A DNA stretch of 64,000 nt from Octopus vulgaris (Eukaryota): the NCBI GenBank assembly GCA_951406725.2, contig OX597817.1, positions 69,068,001 through 69,132,000 on the forward strand. Reading direction: 5' to 3'. The stretch's first letter is position 1. Every line of letters begins with the position of its first letter. The notes under the pieces were generated by a model. It had not been told where the DNA came from, searched no databases, and worked only from the letters and a program-made list of their open reading frames with translations. The position numbers were made by a program, and so were the translations under genes. This document shows, one piece after another, positions 1 through 13,509 of this stretch.

Positions 1-124
1 GGTTCGTTAAATTAACATGTAGATGGTTGAGTATTCCACAGACATGTGTACCTTCAATGTTACTTGCAGGTCAAATCAGCAAAATACAATGCGTGACAAG
101 GCAAGTCAATTTGAATTATAAGTA
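1..124 (-). mobile_element. 3' part of CORE-type tRNA SINE (family C), cut off at a DNA-transposon insertion
   Basis: Reverse complement matches the 3' half of the family C copy at ~58890-59010 (CCTTGTCACATT...GGTACACATGTCTATGGAGTGCTCAACC). Confidence 0.6.
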
Positions 125-635
125 CCGTAAATCTTCGAGTATAGTCTGCCCTTGAGTATAATACGCAGGGGATTTTTAGGGGGCTGTACCTCTGAAAAAT
201 CTAAACCTTGTGTATAATACACACCCCTTCTCTAACGTGAGTCAAGGAGGTCTATATAACGTCCTTGGTTTATAAAAATGTATACGGTAACGTCCCTTAT
301 TATTATTGTATATATAACATATTGCAAACATGTAGCTTTTTTGTGCATTTTGTTTGCAGAAAATAAAGAAATAACAATAATAACATTTAATAAATGTTGC
401 TTACTGCAGGTTATGGATGATTCTTTTATGACTTCATTGCTTTCAGGCTTAGCGTAAGGTATTTTCGCACCTGACATCACAAAATGCGTCTGAATAAACA
501 TTGCTGGACAGCAAAAAGAGACTTGGACATTGCTACAAAATAATTTTCATTTTTAACCTCATATATAGTACGCACTAGGGATTTTGACCATTAAATTTTG
601 GGGAAAAAATGCGGATTATACTCGAGGATTTATGG
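125..635. mobile_element. Non-autonomous Tc1/mariner-superfamily element (Tc2/pogo-like MITE, 511 bp)
   Basis: TA|CCGTAAATCTTCGAGTATAGTCTGC at left, GCGGATTATACTCGAGGATTTATGG|TA at right (~25-bp TIR, TA TSD); subterminal repeats of the GAGTATAATACGCA motif. Confidence 0.85.
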
Positions 636-778
636 TACAATCCATCCAAAAGGCTCCCGTCATTTCTCTCTACCCAGTTTCATTCACAAGGCTTGGGGCA
701 ACCCAAAAGTTTGGTTAAAAATGTCATGTCCAAATGCAATGTAATCAAACCCACAACCTCATGATTATTTAGTAAACT

Positions 779-1173
779 TACTCTTTTATTCTTTTACTTG
801 TTTCAGTCATTTGACTGTGGCCACGCTGGAGCACTGCCTTTAGTCAAGCAAATCAACCTCAGGACTTATTCTTTGTAAGTCTAGTACTTATTCTATTGGT
901 ATCTTTTGCCAAACCACTAAGTTACGAGGACATAAACACACCAGCATCGGTTGTCAAGCGATGGTAGGAGGACAAGCAAGACACACAAACATACACCACA
1001 CACATACATACAACAGGCTTCTTTCAGTTTCCGTCTACCAAATCCACGCACAAGGTTTTGGTCAGCCTGAGGCTATAGTAGAAGACACTTGCCCAAGGTA
1101 TCACACAGTGGGACTGAACCCAGAACCATGTGGTTGGTTAGCAAGCTCCTTACCACACAACCACGCCTGAGCC
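779..1173 (-). mobile_element. tRNA-derived SINE family A, full length
   Basis: Reverse complement has an A/B-box tRNA head, central CTTGGGCAAGTGTCTTCTACTATAGCC...GGATTTGGTAGACGGAAACTG domain, internal microsatellite and (AAAAGAGT/AAAAGAAT) tail; >15 copies in the window. Confidence 0.9.
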
Positions 1174-1224
1174 TAGAAATAGTATAAACTTCTTAACTAT
1201 TCAGAAAATGGTTTTGTTCAAAGG

Positions 1225-1440
1225 GGAGAAAACTAACAGGATACAGATGGAGAGGTAGCTTGTAGGAAATAGATGAATAGCTAAGTACTAGGAAATAGAT
1301 GGTTGGTAACTTGTAGGAAATAAAAGTGTGGGCAAATAGTGGGAAAAACATAGGTAGATGGGTAAAAGATGGGTGGGTTACTAGTGGGAAACAGATGGTT
1401 GGGTATGTCATAGAAACTAGATGGGTTGGAAGGTAGGTAT
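1225..1440. repeat. Degenerate purine-rich minisatellite (core AGGAAATAGATGG)
   Basis: Recurring GGAAATAGATG / GGAAACAGATGG / GAAACTAGATGG motifs at irregular spacing. Confidence 0.5.
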
Positions 1441-1545
1441 TTAATGAGATGAATTGGCAAAAAGAATTACAGGGGTGGATTCAGGAAAACAATAAAATTA
1501 GAGAACTGTTGAGGAAAGATATTTGAAAAAAATAAAATGAAGAGA

Positions 1546-1580
<35 letters not shown>

Positions 1581-2374
1581 AAATGGAACAAAGATAGAAG
1601 GGGCAAAGAAAGAAAATCATTTTCCTTCAATTATAATTATAGACAGATCACAAGCCAGAAAAACAGGGTAAAGAAATCCACCTGATTATTTGAAATCAGT
1701 ATTATTGTGTTAATGCTGAGTAACTTTGGTCACTTCTATTATGGCACAATGTCAGAAGCATGGCACAATGTATCTGTTTGGCCAGTCTATTTATACATGA
1801 TTGATGGTTCCTTATTGTGTTTGCAACACAGGTATCTAAAAAGTGGAGAAGGCTGCTGAATAAAAGATCTAATTCCTTGGTATCATCATGATTTTTCTAG
1901 GCTAGCTTGAGGTACATGAGATGTAGTGAGGCTGTATGCTTTACCCAGATGCTCTTCCTGTCACTAAGTAAGGCATTTTTACTCCACTGATCTTCAGAGA
2001 TTGAAATCAATGAAACTGTCAAGATTTTTTTAAGAATTGTAAACAGAAAATGTAGACAAATGTTACCGTTTTACTCAAAGGGTATCAATGCAAAAACTTA
2101 CTGAAACACACACATTCACAATTATATACATATGTACATAATCATATATACAAGCATATGAATGAAGACAGCTGAATCGAGAAGCTTCAAACTCACATTG
2201 TGGAGGGAATGTGTGAAAGGGGACAAAGTGGTGAGAAAGGACCTTCAGACTCTGGACTTCACAAAGAGGATGACAGGGGACTGAGACATGTCAAGCTAAG
2301 TGAAATTGTGGTTGTCCTTGTGTACAGATTTGTCCTCTGCATCCCTTTCCAGCTGAGCAATCCTAATCTTGCAG

Positions 2375-2570
2375 GCGTATATGGGTGCTGGTACCATGTA
2401 AAAAAAGCACCCAAAAAAAGCACCCAGTACACTCTGCAAAAGTGGTTGGCATTAGGAAGGGCATCCCAAAACAGTTAAAATGGAGCACAGGCAGCTCTCC
2501 AGTTAGCCAGCACCTGTCAAACCATTCAACCCATGCCAGCATGGAAAATGGATATTAAATGATGATAATG
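2375..2570 (+). mobile_element. Family D retroposon (RTE-like 3' tail ending in (GAT)n)
   Basis: AGTGGTTGGCATTAGGAAGGGCATCC...AACCCATGCCAGCATGGAAAATGGATATTAAATGATGAT; same family on minus strand at ~10025, 28612, 35270, 45855, 52090, 60587. Confidence 0.75.
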
Positions 2571-2612
2571 TACATATTGTCTTTTACAGCCTGAGCCTAT
2601 AGAAACCATTTG

Positions 2613-2856
2613 TGGCGAGCTGGCAGAAACGTTAGCATGCCGGGCGAAATGTGTAGCCGTATTTCGTCTGTCATTATGTTCCGAGTTCAAATTCCGCCGA
2701 GGTTGACTTTGCCTTTCATCCTTTCGGGGTCGATAAATTAAATATCAGTTATGCATTGAGGTTGATGTAACCCGACTTAATCCCTTTGTCTTTCCTTGTT
2801 AGTCCCCTCTGTGTTTAGCCCCTTGCAGGTAGTAAAGAAAAAATTTTTTTTAAATA
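2613..2856 (+). mobile_element. SINE family B with 15-bp TSD, inserted in a SINE A fragment
   Basis: GGCGAGCTGGCAGAAACGTTAGC...GAGTTCAAATTCC...GACTTTGCCTTTCATCCTTTCGGGGTCGATAAATT; TSD TATAGAAACCATTTG at 2598-2612 and 2857-2871. Confidence 0.9.
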
Positions 2857-3503
2857 TATAGAAACCATTTGCTCATGGTACAACACAGTGGGATGGTACC
2901 TGGAACCATGTGATTGGAAATTTTATTGTAATGCAGAACTGCCTACTCAGTACAGAGCTTAGGAATATATTGGTAGATAACATTGCAGGTTTGTTTTGTT
3001 TGTTTTTTCTCATATGTGTAACTGTTGATTTTCTGGCTTAAAAAGAGCTTAATACCATTATGACAATATTTGTAATAAATATACTACCTAGGTGGTTCAA
3101 TTACTTTGCAACATCATCAAAATTTTCAAGGTGTTTAGTAAATTATCTGTAGCTTCCTATATTGGTCATAAATATTACATTAGTGTTGACTAGCTGATAT
3201 CGCTTGTTCTAATGAGAATTTATTAATACACAGAGAAACATTTGGACTAATGTTTCCATCTTGGTTATTATAGTCAAAATATTTCAGCCATCACATCGTC
3301 TGGTCTTCTTCAGTCCCTTTTGCAATTAGTAATGTTCCAGAAACTCAAACCAAACCTTTTATTAAATCCATATGAGTACATTATCATTCCACTATCCACA
3401 TCAGAGATATTATTATATTAGTTACTCTCCTTGTGATACTGCTTGTTCATTGCACTTGAACAAGAGCAAAGTATGTATAGGTATATATATGTGTGTGTGC
3501 ATA

Positions 3504-3557
<54 letters not shown>

Positions 3558-4343
3558 TATATAAATGTGTGTTTGTGTAGCAATCTGTGTATCATATTTC
3601 ATGTAAATACATGGTGAAAAGGCAAATTTACTGCTATGCTTAAACAACAAAAATTATATTGATAACGGAAGGGGGAAAAATGCTAGATGTGCATTTGTGC
3701 CTTGTTGGGCTTTGTCAGTAGTATGTACTAACTGCCAACCACATGCTAAGATGAAATCCATCATAAGTGGAAAACAGTGGTTGAACAATTATTGGTGCTG
3801 TAATTAGCCACCTGGCTGAATAAAAATCCATTAAATGCAACAGAAGCAGTATTAGATTAAAATAGCTATCCGTGTATCATATTTAATGTGTGTGTGTGTG
3901 TGTGTATGGACAGACACATATATCAAGAAAATGAAGCATGAGAAATAGCTTAGGGTGATCAACAGTGACGAACAAGGGTATGTTAAATGTGAATATATAA
4001 GATTAATTCTTGATTTGTTGAAATTATCTCTGCTGCCAGAATGAGTCGGCCAAATGCTTTGTTTGACAGGCATTGGTACCAGCTCTAAATGAGAAATGGA
4101 TATTCTCTAAAGAATCAATAATTATCCAAAACCGACTTGTCATTAAGGAAAAGATAGCCTGATTGTCTGAAGACAAGAGAACAGCTGCACTATGGACATG
4201 TGGTTCTGCTGCAGTAAGTATCATTAGCAGTATTTATTTTTAATGCAGGATCAAATTCATAACCACTAGGTAAATTACAAATCTTAACACTTAATCATTA
4301 TGATGAATCAAAATTCCTCACCTAGCACATTTTGACAAGCTTA

Positions 4344-4503
4344 GGTGCAGGCATGGTTGTGTAGTAAGAAATCTGCTTCTCAACCACATGGTCCTGTGTT
4401 TATTCTCACTGCATGACACTTTGGGCAAGTGTCTCCTACTAGCCTCAGGCCAACCAGAGTCTTGTGAGTGGATTTGGTAGACAGAAACTGAAAGAAACTC
4501 ATT
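4344..4503 (+). mobile_element. SINE family A, 5' half
   Basis: GGTGCAGGCATGGTTGTGTAGTAAG head to GAAACTGAAAGAA. Confidence 0.85.
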
Positions 4504-4505
4504 GT

Positions 4506-4897
4506 ATTCTTTTATTCTTTTACTTGTTTCAGTCATTTGACTGCGGCCATGCTGGAGCACCACCTTTAGTCAAACAAATCGACACCAGGACTTATTCTTT
4601 GTAAGCCTAGCACTTATTCTATCAGTCTCTTAGGCTGAACTGCTAAGTTATGGAGATATAAACACACCAGCATCAGTTGTCAAGTGGTGTTGGGAGGACA
4701 AACACAGAAACACAAACATATACACACACACACACACATACATACATATTTATATTTATGCATATATATATATATATATATGATGGGCTTCTTTCAGTTT
4801 CCATCTACTAAATCCCCTCACAAGGCTTTGATCAGCCCGAGGCTATAGTAGAAGACACTTGCCCAAGGTGCCATGCAGTGGGACTGAACACAGAACT
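4506..4897 (-). mobile_element. SINE family A, 5'-truncated, inverted relative to the adjacent copy
   Basis: Matches 779-1173 along its length. Confidence 0.88.
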
Positions 4898-5444
4898 AAA
4901 ATTTAAATATACAAAACACTTCCTTGCCCCTGAACTATTCGACATGATGTTTGCAAAACCAACCAAAACTTGTGAAACACAAGGTGACTCCACTTCATTA
5001 TACAAAATTTAAAAAAAACAAGCACATTGTCACAAAGACAGAGACACAAGGCATACTGTTGTTAAGAGATTCTCAGTTTTACAAAGGGTAAATAGATAAT
5101 AAACATAGGAACAGGAAAATAAGGTGTCAGAAATCATACATAACAGACCTTTATCATTTAATATCCAGCTGTGATGTTTTGCAAGTGACACCTTTGACTT
5201 CTAATTATCAGTGATATAATAACTGACCTTTTCATTAATAGATAATGCAAAAGTTAATTGTAAATATATTCTGATTTTTTTTGTTTGTTTTCTTTCTTGT
5301 TTTTGATTAATTGATTTGCTTTGTTAATAACAAGATCCAAGTGTATGGACCTCAATATAGAGTTACTTATGCATACTTGTACATGCATATGTGTGTGTGT
5401 GTTTGTGTCTTTGTTTATATGCATGCATGACAGGATTATAAGAA

Positions 5445-5676
5445 GGTGGCGAACTGGCAGAAACATTAGCACGCCGGGCGAAATGCTTAGCAGTATTTTG
5501 TCTGCCGTTATGTTCTGAGATCAAATTCCGCCGAGATTGACTTTGCCTTTCATCCTTTCAGGGTCGATAAATTAAGTACCAGTTATGCACTGGGGTCGAT
5601 GTAATCGACTTAATCCCTTTGTCTGTGCTTGTTTGTCCCCTTTATATTTAGCCCCTTGTGGGCAATAAAGAAATAA
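5445..5676 (+). mobile_element. SINE family B, full length
   Basis: Family B consensus; TSD AGGATTATA at 5432-5440 and 5677-5685. Confidence 0.9.
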
Positions 5677-6692
5677 AGGATTATAGGATGCCTACACATA
5701 CGTATATATGTATACATGTACATGGAGGCATGTGCATTTTGTACTACTCTCCATATGTGTGAGTGTAGGAGAGACAGTGTGTATATATGTATATATGATT
5801 TTTCGTTGAGTTTAATTCAAGTTCTTCTTGAGAGATTTCAAGCCGGTCGTTAACAAAGAACAAGACTTTTTGAGTTAAAAGAGCTTCCAGTGTTTATAAA
5901 TATGTGGTTGAGTTGATGTGTTGTTTCAACTCTCAATGTATACACCCACGTGTATGCATCTATTCACATAAAAATCTCACATGGAAAATTTTTGGTATGT
6001 CTTACAAATCTTCACTATGCTACTAATAGATTGGATTTGAAGAATCTGCGTATTTCTGAGCATTTCTAGGGTTTTGTGCAAATTTGTTGCCACATACATA
6101 TGTATGTATGTATATGTATATGTATGCATGTATGTGTATGTCTTCAAATTTTGAACTAAGGGCAGCTCTATAATGTAAACATTATCAATGTCACATACCT
6201 AATGTATGTGTGCTGTCAAACACTTTTAGACTGTGGTATTTTGTCCAAGGAAAGTCTGTTTAAAGGCAGGTGAAACAAATTACTCTAGAGATGAACGACA
6301 GAGACAGATATCAATATTTCACTGTTATTTCAGATTATCACTGCCATATACTTGATTTGCTCTGGAGATGAATTCAAATTGCTGGCCTGATGTATACACA
6401 GATAGGGTAAAAGTTTATTTACTGGTATGCAACTACAGCATACAAGTAAAACAAAATTTTGGCAAAGAAACAAATCTAAAATTTAAACATTGTTGATGTC
6501 ACATACTTCATGTATGTGTGTTGTGGAATACATTTAGGTCATGGTATTTCATTCCAGAGGAATTCCCATTAAAGATATAATGTATTAAAGAAACAGTATA
6601 ATACAGAGCCACTTCAAAATCTTATAAGGATGTATGAGGCATTCTCAACCTATTGCATAACAAACCTATGCACAAACACACAAAGCATGCCT

Positions 6693-6731
<39 letters not shown>

Positions 6732-7389
6732 TGTGTGTGAGTGCTAGAGAGAGAGAGAGATTGTATGTGTATGCGAGAGAGCATAAATATATGCGCTATT
6801 GGATAAAACTCATGATATAAAATTAATGCTTTTCTCATTCTTAAGGAAGCAAGGAGGCAGAATCATGCTTAGCAGTGTTTCATCCATCTTTACATTCTGA
6901 TTTCAAATTCCACTGAGGTTAACTCTGCCTTTCATCCCTTTCTGGAACATGATAAATTAAGCACCTGTTGAAAACTGGGGTCGAAGTATGGACTTACCCT
7001 CTCCTCTGAAATTGTTGGTTTTGTGCTAAAATTCGAAATTAATATTTTACTCATTTTATCATGGTGATGTGACACAATAAACCTGAATGCAGTAATTTGA
7101 ATAATTATTATTATTATAATTCTATTATGTACTAGAGTCCAAAAAAGAAAAAAAATCTTTGATTGCCTTCCCCCCCCCCCAACTAATTTCTGGTCAAGTT
7201 TATTGTAGTTCTATCATTTCATCATCATCCAAAACACATGCCCTCAACAGGCCCACAGCAAAGGATGCAGCCTTCCCCTAATTCAACCTTTCCAGATCAT
7301 AAACTAACCCAGCCTATGGCCAATATAGTAACACATTCAAGATTAACTACACCATTAAGTAGTGTTTCAATAGGCAGCTAATCTGTTGG

Positions 7390-7600
7390 CAGTTGTTGTT
7401 GATGTTTAGTCCCAGATCAGCCTACATCAATCCAACCAAAAGTCACACACAAACCATGACCATCTTGTCTTCTGAGATGTAGTTCATCCCAGACTACATT
7501 ATCCACTCTGTCCTCTCTTTTTTAAAATCAACAGAAAATGATTTGACAGTGATTTGGTTGCTACTTCTAGCAACCATATATAGAGGTTAACCTCACCTGT
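7390..7600 (-). mobile_element. Family E short retroposon (~200 bp, (AAC)n tail)
   Basis: GTTGTTGTTG tail, TTTAGTCCCAGATCAGCC...CCATGACCATC...GACTACATTATCCA...GATTTGGTTGCTACTTCTAGCA; about 14 related copies or fragments in the window. Confidence 0.65.
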
Positions 7601-8235
7601 TTATAATGACGTCTGTCACCTCTCCTGCTATAGTTGCCATTGGCTTTTCTATAAGAGGCTCTTCTGTACATCAATATGTTTTAATTATAATTCTGCCCAG
7701 CAGTTATGTCTTTCACTATAAGTTTACTATCAAAAAGAATATCTTGCATGCTCGTGAACTGCTCAAATAATTATTTCCCTTAGGTCTATACTATAATGTC
7801 ATTTTTCCTTGCAGCAAAAGTGTCTTGCACAAATATAGAAAGAAATAAAGCTAGAGCTATATGAATTTTATATATTGAGGGAAATGAAATATAATATATA
7901 CATGTTTATAAATGGTATAAATTCTGGTAAGAAGATGTATTAAAATGTTTCAAGACACAAACAATAAGCAATAACATGGAAACTCAATATGGAGATGATT
8001 AGAATTATGAAAAAAAAAACTCATTTATTTAGTAGTTAATCAGTTCATATTGCAAAATATCCATTGAGTAATATACTATTTAAAAGAATTTATTTGAATA
8101 ACCATTGTACACATGTTCCATCATTTCTTAAGCAATTGGGATCTAAATAAATATTTAAAATATCCCACCCAAAATGTTTGTTTTTACACATTGAAGAATA
8201 TGTTTGTTAAATGATGATGATGATGATGATGATAA

Positions 8236-8299
<64 letters not shown>

Positions 8300-9103
8300 A
8301 TTCACATATATACATACACTTACATATATGTAGGTATGTATGCATGCATGTATGTGTATTTTTGGATATTAGATGGGTTTAAATAGACAAACAGACAAAA
8401 GACTGATAGATAGGTAGATAGATAGAAAGATAGATAGATAAATAGATAGATAACTTTCTTTTATTAGCCACACAGGGCTGAATACAGAGGGGACAAATAC
8501 AAATGCAGAGCTTTTCTTTTCGAGGGTGGAAAAAAATAAAAAATGTAAGATTGCGATTACGCATACATATAGATGTGTGTGTGTATGTTCACATATATAC
8601 ATACACACATATGATATGTATGGATATTAATGATGATGATAATGTGTGTGTGTGTGTGTGTGAAAACATATATATACATGTGTGTGCTTCCACGTATGTA
8701 CATATATGAATACACACATATATAAATATGTATGTGTGTATATGTGTCTATCTAGTCCTAACTTTGGCATCAATTCTGCAAATTTGTTGCAGAGGGGTCA
8801 GTTCACTAAATCAATATAAGGTATATATGTCATCTACACTAGAAGAAAATGAAAGGCCATGTCAAAAACACAAGAATAATTTCAAAACTCAAAATATAAA
8901 GAATGTTGTAACTGAATGTTGTAAAGAATTTCATTCAGCATCAATATTTTTGCTATTCGGCTGCTCAATATATAAAGATGTTATAATTGTTTAACCCATG
9001 GTCAATCCTGATTGAGCAGATCGATGAGGCAAGGCATTCCAAACAGGATCTTCCTGTCTTTTTTCTGGGATTATATGTATGTATGTAAATAAGTATGTAT
9101 GTA

Positions 9104-9321
9104 CAAGTGGGTTGCTGAAAAGTTCCTGGCTTTGACTAATAGAAAATACAGGAAGATCAGTTAATTATGATTTTATTTGATATATTCCCCTCTCAGATTC
9201 ACACACTGACTGTAGCAGTCTATTTTTACTAAGCCCTATAAAAAAAATACTTGGAAGGTTGGGCTTCCAATCAGGCCTTTCAAGATACTCTTAAAGCCAG
9301 GAACTTTTCAATACCCCCTTG
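9104..9321. mobile_element. mariner-like MITE (218 bp)
   Basis: TA|CAAGTGGGTTGCTGAAAAGTTCCTGGCTTT ... AAAGCCAGGAACTTTTCAATACCCCCTTG|TA; ~29-bp TIR, TA TSD. Confidence 0.85.
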
Positions 9322-9952
9322 TATGTGTGTATGTAAACCTATAACTAACACTGAGTTTGGATTTCACAAATTGATAACTGGTGTTAGCTTGTATATGCCC
9401 TTATAACTTAGCAGTTCAGCAAAAATAGAACGATAGAATAAAAAATAGACTTAGTAAAAAAAAAGGGGGGAGGTTAAGTTGCATGAGTAGCATGAGTTTT
9501 ATTGCTGCAGAGCACTAATAAGAAACCGAGATGACAAAGGAATAAACAATGATTTTATGGATTTCATTAGCTTTCAACCGTTTCTGCTATACGATGCAGT
9601 GGACTGATAGTTGAGTGTGTGAATAACACCTTAGAACTTCATCAGGGCTTCAAGCATGAAGTGCAATTTATTTGGCAAAACATTTACATTTATTTATATA
9701 CACAGAAAAGCATTACCAATGAAAAAGCATACACATGTGTGGGGAATGAAATTCAGGAACTGCCAACATAATTAGAAAGGAACTCCTGCCATAATTAGAA
9801 AAAGGTTAATTAGAATAAGATTAATGCAAGGTAATAATTTCCTTTAGCTAGACATGTATTTCAGAGAAGACTGGAAACAAATAACCCCGTTTATATGAAT
9901 ACGATGCTCATTAACCATCATCATGTCTAGACAAGGGTACACATGCACAAAT

Positions 9953-10004
<52 letters not shown>

Positions 10005-10024
10005 TTATATATATATATGCATAC

Positions 10025-10620
10025 ATCATTATCATTTAACATCTGTTCTCTATGCTTAATGGGTCAGGCAGTTTGACAAGAATTGGTAAAAGGTACCAAG
10101 CTGGCAGAAACGTTAGTGCGCCGGGTGAAATGCTTTACAGTATGTCATCTGCCATTACGTTCTGAGTTCAAATTCCGTCGAGGTCGACTTTGCCTTTCAC
10201 CCTTTCAGGGTCGATAAATTAAGTACCAGTTACACACTGGGGTCAATGTTATCGACTTAATCCTTTTGTCTGTCCTTCTTTGTCCTCTCTATGTTTAGCC
10301 CCTTGTGGGCAATAAAGAAATAAGTATTGGTAAAATTAGGGTCCACAACCAGGTTCCATCATCTGTCTTGGCTTGGTTTATATGGCTGGATGCCCTTCCT
10401 AACACCAACCACTTTACAGAGTGTACTGGATGCTTTTTATGTGGCACTATCACAGGTGCTTTTTTAGTTGCACTTGGACCAGTGCTTTTTTATGTGGCAC
10501 CTTGGTTTTAGAATCTCAATTCTGTTGTGGTGGGCAGGTCTTCTCAAGTACAGCAATGCACCAGATATCTCAGTCCACTGTCATCTCCTTTGTAAGATTC
10601 AATGTTCTGAGATCGGCCTT
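10025..10620 (-). mobile_element. Family D retroposon interrupted by a SINE B
   Basis: ATCATCATTTAAC tail and GGCTGGATGCCCTTCCTAACACCAACCACT motif on either side of the SINE B insert. Confidence 0.75.
10092..10325 (+). mobile_element. SINE family B with 10-bp TSD
   Basis: TSD ATTGGTAAAA at 10082-10091 and 10326-10335. Confidence 0.88.
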
Positions 10621-11084
10621 CAGAACTTCCATCCTATGTCTTCCTGGGTTACCCTCTTCCACAACCTTCCTCCACCTTAAGTGATACATAAATAGTAGTA
10701 AAAGATGTGGTTTCAGAGGATTATGCATTTATCACAGAAAGCTCTTTCTGCAGACTTGGCAATCAGTCCACATGATAATCAATTACAAAAAAGTGTAATT
10801 AATGTAGTGTCCATGTAACTGAAAATCCAGAAGATCTGGTGAATATGCAATTGTATTATATAATGCCAAGCATACATATTAATGCAAACATGTATGCAAA
10901 TTTCTTTCATACTGAAACGAATATTATATGCAGAAGCTGGCCTTGTGCCAGAATTTATAACCAATATTATATAAAGAAGGCTGTGAAACAGGCATAATCT
11001 TATGGCAGTCTTATGGTTAAAGAAACATCCATTGATCAATCGTACCTCCTAACTTTATGGGTTGTGTATGTATGTGTGTGTGTG

Positions 11085-11294
11085 TATTTGTGTATTAAGG
11101 CTACTATTGGCCTCATGTTAAGAAAAATATCTTCATATCTTAACAATTTTTCAAGCTGATCACATGGAGGAATGCTGTTCATTTCCATTTTGGAGATGAA
11201 TATCACTCCTCCATGTGATTGGCTCCAAAAATTGTTAAGATACTAAGATATTTTCCTTAACAAGGAAACCAATGGTAGCCTTAATACACAAATA
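11085..11294. repeat. 210-bp imperfect palindrome (foldback)
   Basis: TATTTGTGTATTAAGGCTAC...ATCTTAACAATTTTT...ATCACATGGAGGA mirrored by TCCTCCATGTGAT...AAAAATTGTTAAGAT...GTAGCCTTAATACACAAATA; centre ~11189. Confidence 0.9.
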
Positions 11295-11510
11295 AAGAAA
11301 TTTTATTCTCTAATGCCGTGTTGTGCATTCATTCTTATTGTTCAACATTTACTTATATATATATCTATATATATAATAATATAAGGGTAAATAATTAATA
11401 GTTTTTAAAAAAACCAACAATTATTTACAGGTAGATTTCGGTATGTAAATATAACCATTATCTGTAGTAACTATTTTTTAAAAAGTTCTATATATATTTG
11501 TATATAAATA

Positions 11511-11667
11511 AAAAAGGGGCAAGCAACAGGTTGCTTAGCCACCTGTGAATTACATGGATATGTTGTATGTGGAGTCTTATTTGTAGAAAATAGAAATATA
11601 TAGTCTTTGACTGCTATTTCTAATTTTTCGGTATGTGGCTAAGCAACCTGTTGCTTGCCCCCTTTTT
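11511..11667. repeat. MITE-like element with ~32-bp terminal inverted repeats
   Basis: AAAAAGGGGCAAGCAACAGGTTGCTTAGCCAC / GTGGCTAAGCAACCTGTTGCTTGCCCCCTTTTT, flanked by TA-rich sequence. Confidence 0.8.
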
Positions 11668-12340
11668 ATATATATATGTATATATATAGACACACACATA
11701 CACACACACTCACTTACACACACAAAGATGTGCTTCTTTCAGTTTCTATCTACTAGATCCACTCACAAGCTTTGGGTTGGCCTCAGAACAGACTTGCCAA
11801 AGGTGCTGCATGATGGGACTGAATTCATAACTACATGATTCAGAAGCAAGCTTCTTAACCATACAACTATTCCCAAGAGATTTGAATTAAGAATGCAGAG
11901 ATTCCAAACAAGTGCTACAAGGCATTGTATCCAAGCTCTACACAACTCTGCTGATTCTCTGCCCACATTTACCATCAACCAAATTCTACCCACAAAGCAG
12001 TAATCAGCCAGCCTGGGGGCTATGAACAGAAGATTCTAGACGCAGGATGCCATACATTAAGACTGAACCAAAAACCATATATTACTGTGAAATAAACATC
12101 TTGGGCCATACTGGTATGGAGTCCAAAAATAATTGTTACATTTACCAGTAACATGTTAGGGGATTGTTATTTAGAAAGACTACACCAAAATCAGCATGGA
12201 ACTAAGCTATCATGTGAAAAGAAAATCAATAACCATGACAATTTCACAGAAAAAGAAACATAAAAAGAAACAACAATTTATTTATTAAATGAAAGAAACA
12301 TTAGCTTTATGTCTTCATCATCATCACCACCACCATCACT

Positions 12341-12378
<38 letters not shown>

Positions 12379-12960
12379 AAGTATTAAGCTTTCTACTTTC
12401 CTGTCATTTTCCCCTCCAATCTTTCTTGTTGATATTTTTGTGGGTTTCATATTTCTAACAGTTTTTCCTTTAATTTTATTCCTTCTTAACATTTCTATCT
12501 TGTTTTTCTTTTTGTTTTGTTGTTCCATTTTCCAATTTTATTTTTACCTATTTTTTTATTTATTTATTTGCTATATTTCAATTCAATACTTATTTTTGTC
12601 ATCGACACCCCCTACTAACACCTACTCTTTTTCTCACGCCCTTTTTCTTCTCTCGTTTTCTTTCTTTCTTTCTGTCTTTCTTTTCCATTCTTGAAAACTG
12701 AATAGCCTTTTCTTCTTCCTCAAACAATTATAGAATGTGCTAAGGCGTAAATGAAATCACATTTAAACATTAATGCATTCTATATAGCTGAATAGGTTTC
12801 AAACAATTCGTTCTTCTTTGTGTTGACATACAGGCACATAGAAAGAGAACTATACACCAAAGACAATACATTACATACATATATATGCATGCATATTTAT
12901 ATATACACACACACACACACACATATATATATATGTGTATATGTATGTATATATATATAA

Positions 12961-12996
<36 letters not shown>

Positions 12997-13155
12997 TTTA
13001 TTAATATTTAGCAGTAGTAACAGAGTGACTCAAGGTCCAAGAGTTTCGTGTGTTGGCGCTTCTGCTAAATATATAATATAAAGAATATATTCTTATTTTG
13101 AGTTTTAGTTTTCCTGTTTGCACCAACATACTTATATATAAATATATATATATGA

Positions 13156-13509
13156 ATGCATAAGTGGTACAGCAACATCAAAGGAAAATTAACCGAGAAG
13201 ATAGCTTTCGTGTGCAGCAGATGCACAGGGGCAATAGACACCACGGATACTCAGAAAACAGATTCCATCACACTCCAGGGAAAGAAACTAGAAGTAGCTG
13301 ATAGTTTCTGCTACCTAGGTAACCAAGTTAGTAGTGGAGGTGGATGCTCAGAGAGTGTCACCACCAGAATAAGAATAGCCTGGGCAAAGTTTAGAAAGCT
13401 TCTACCCCTACTGGTGACAAAGGGTCTCTTGCTCAGAGTAAAAGGTAGATTGTATGATGCATGTGTGCAAAATGCCATGCTTCACGGCAGTGAAACATGG
13501 GCTGTTTAG
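13156..13509 (+). mobile_element. RTE-clade LINE fragment (C-terminal reverse-transcriptase region)
   Basis: ORF carries LEVADSFCYLG, RIRIAWAKFRKLLPLL, KGRLYDACV and HGSETW motifs typical of RTE ORF2, preceded by a CxxC remnant. Confidence 0.9.

Noticed and set aside
232-501. ORF inside the Tc2/pogo-like element as a transposase
   Set aside because: No HTH or DDE motif recognised; the element is only 511 bp
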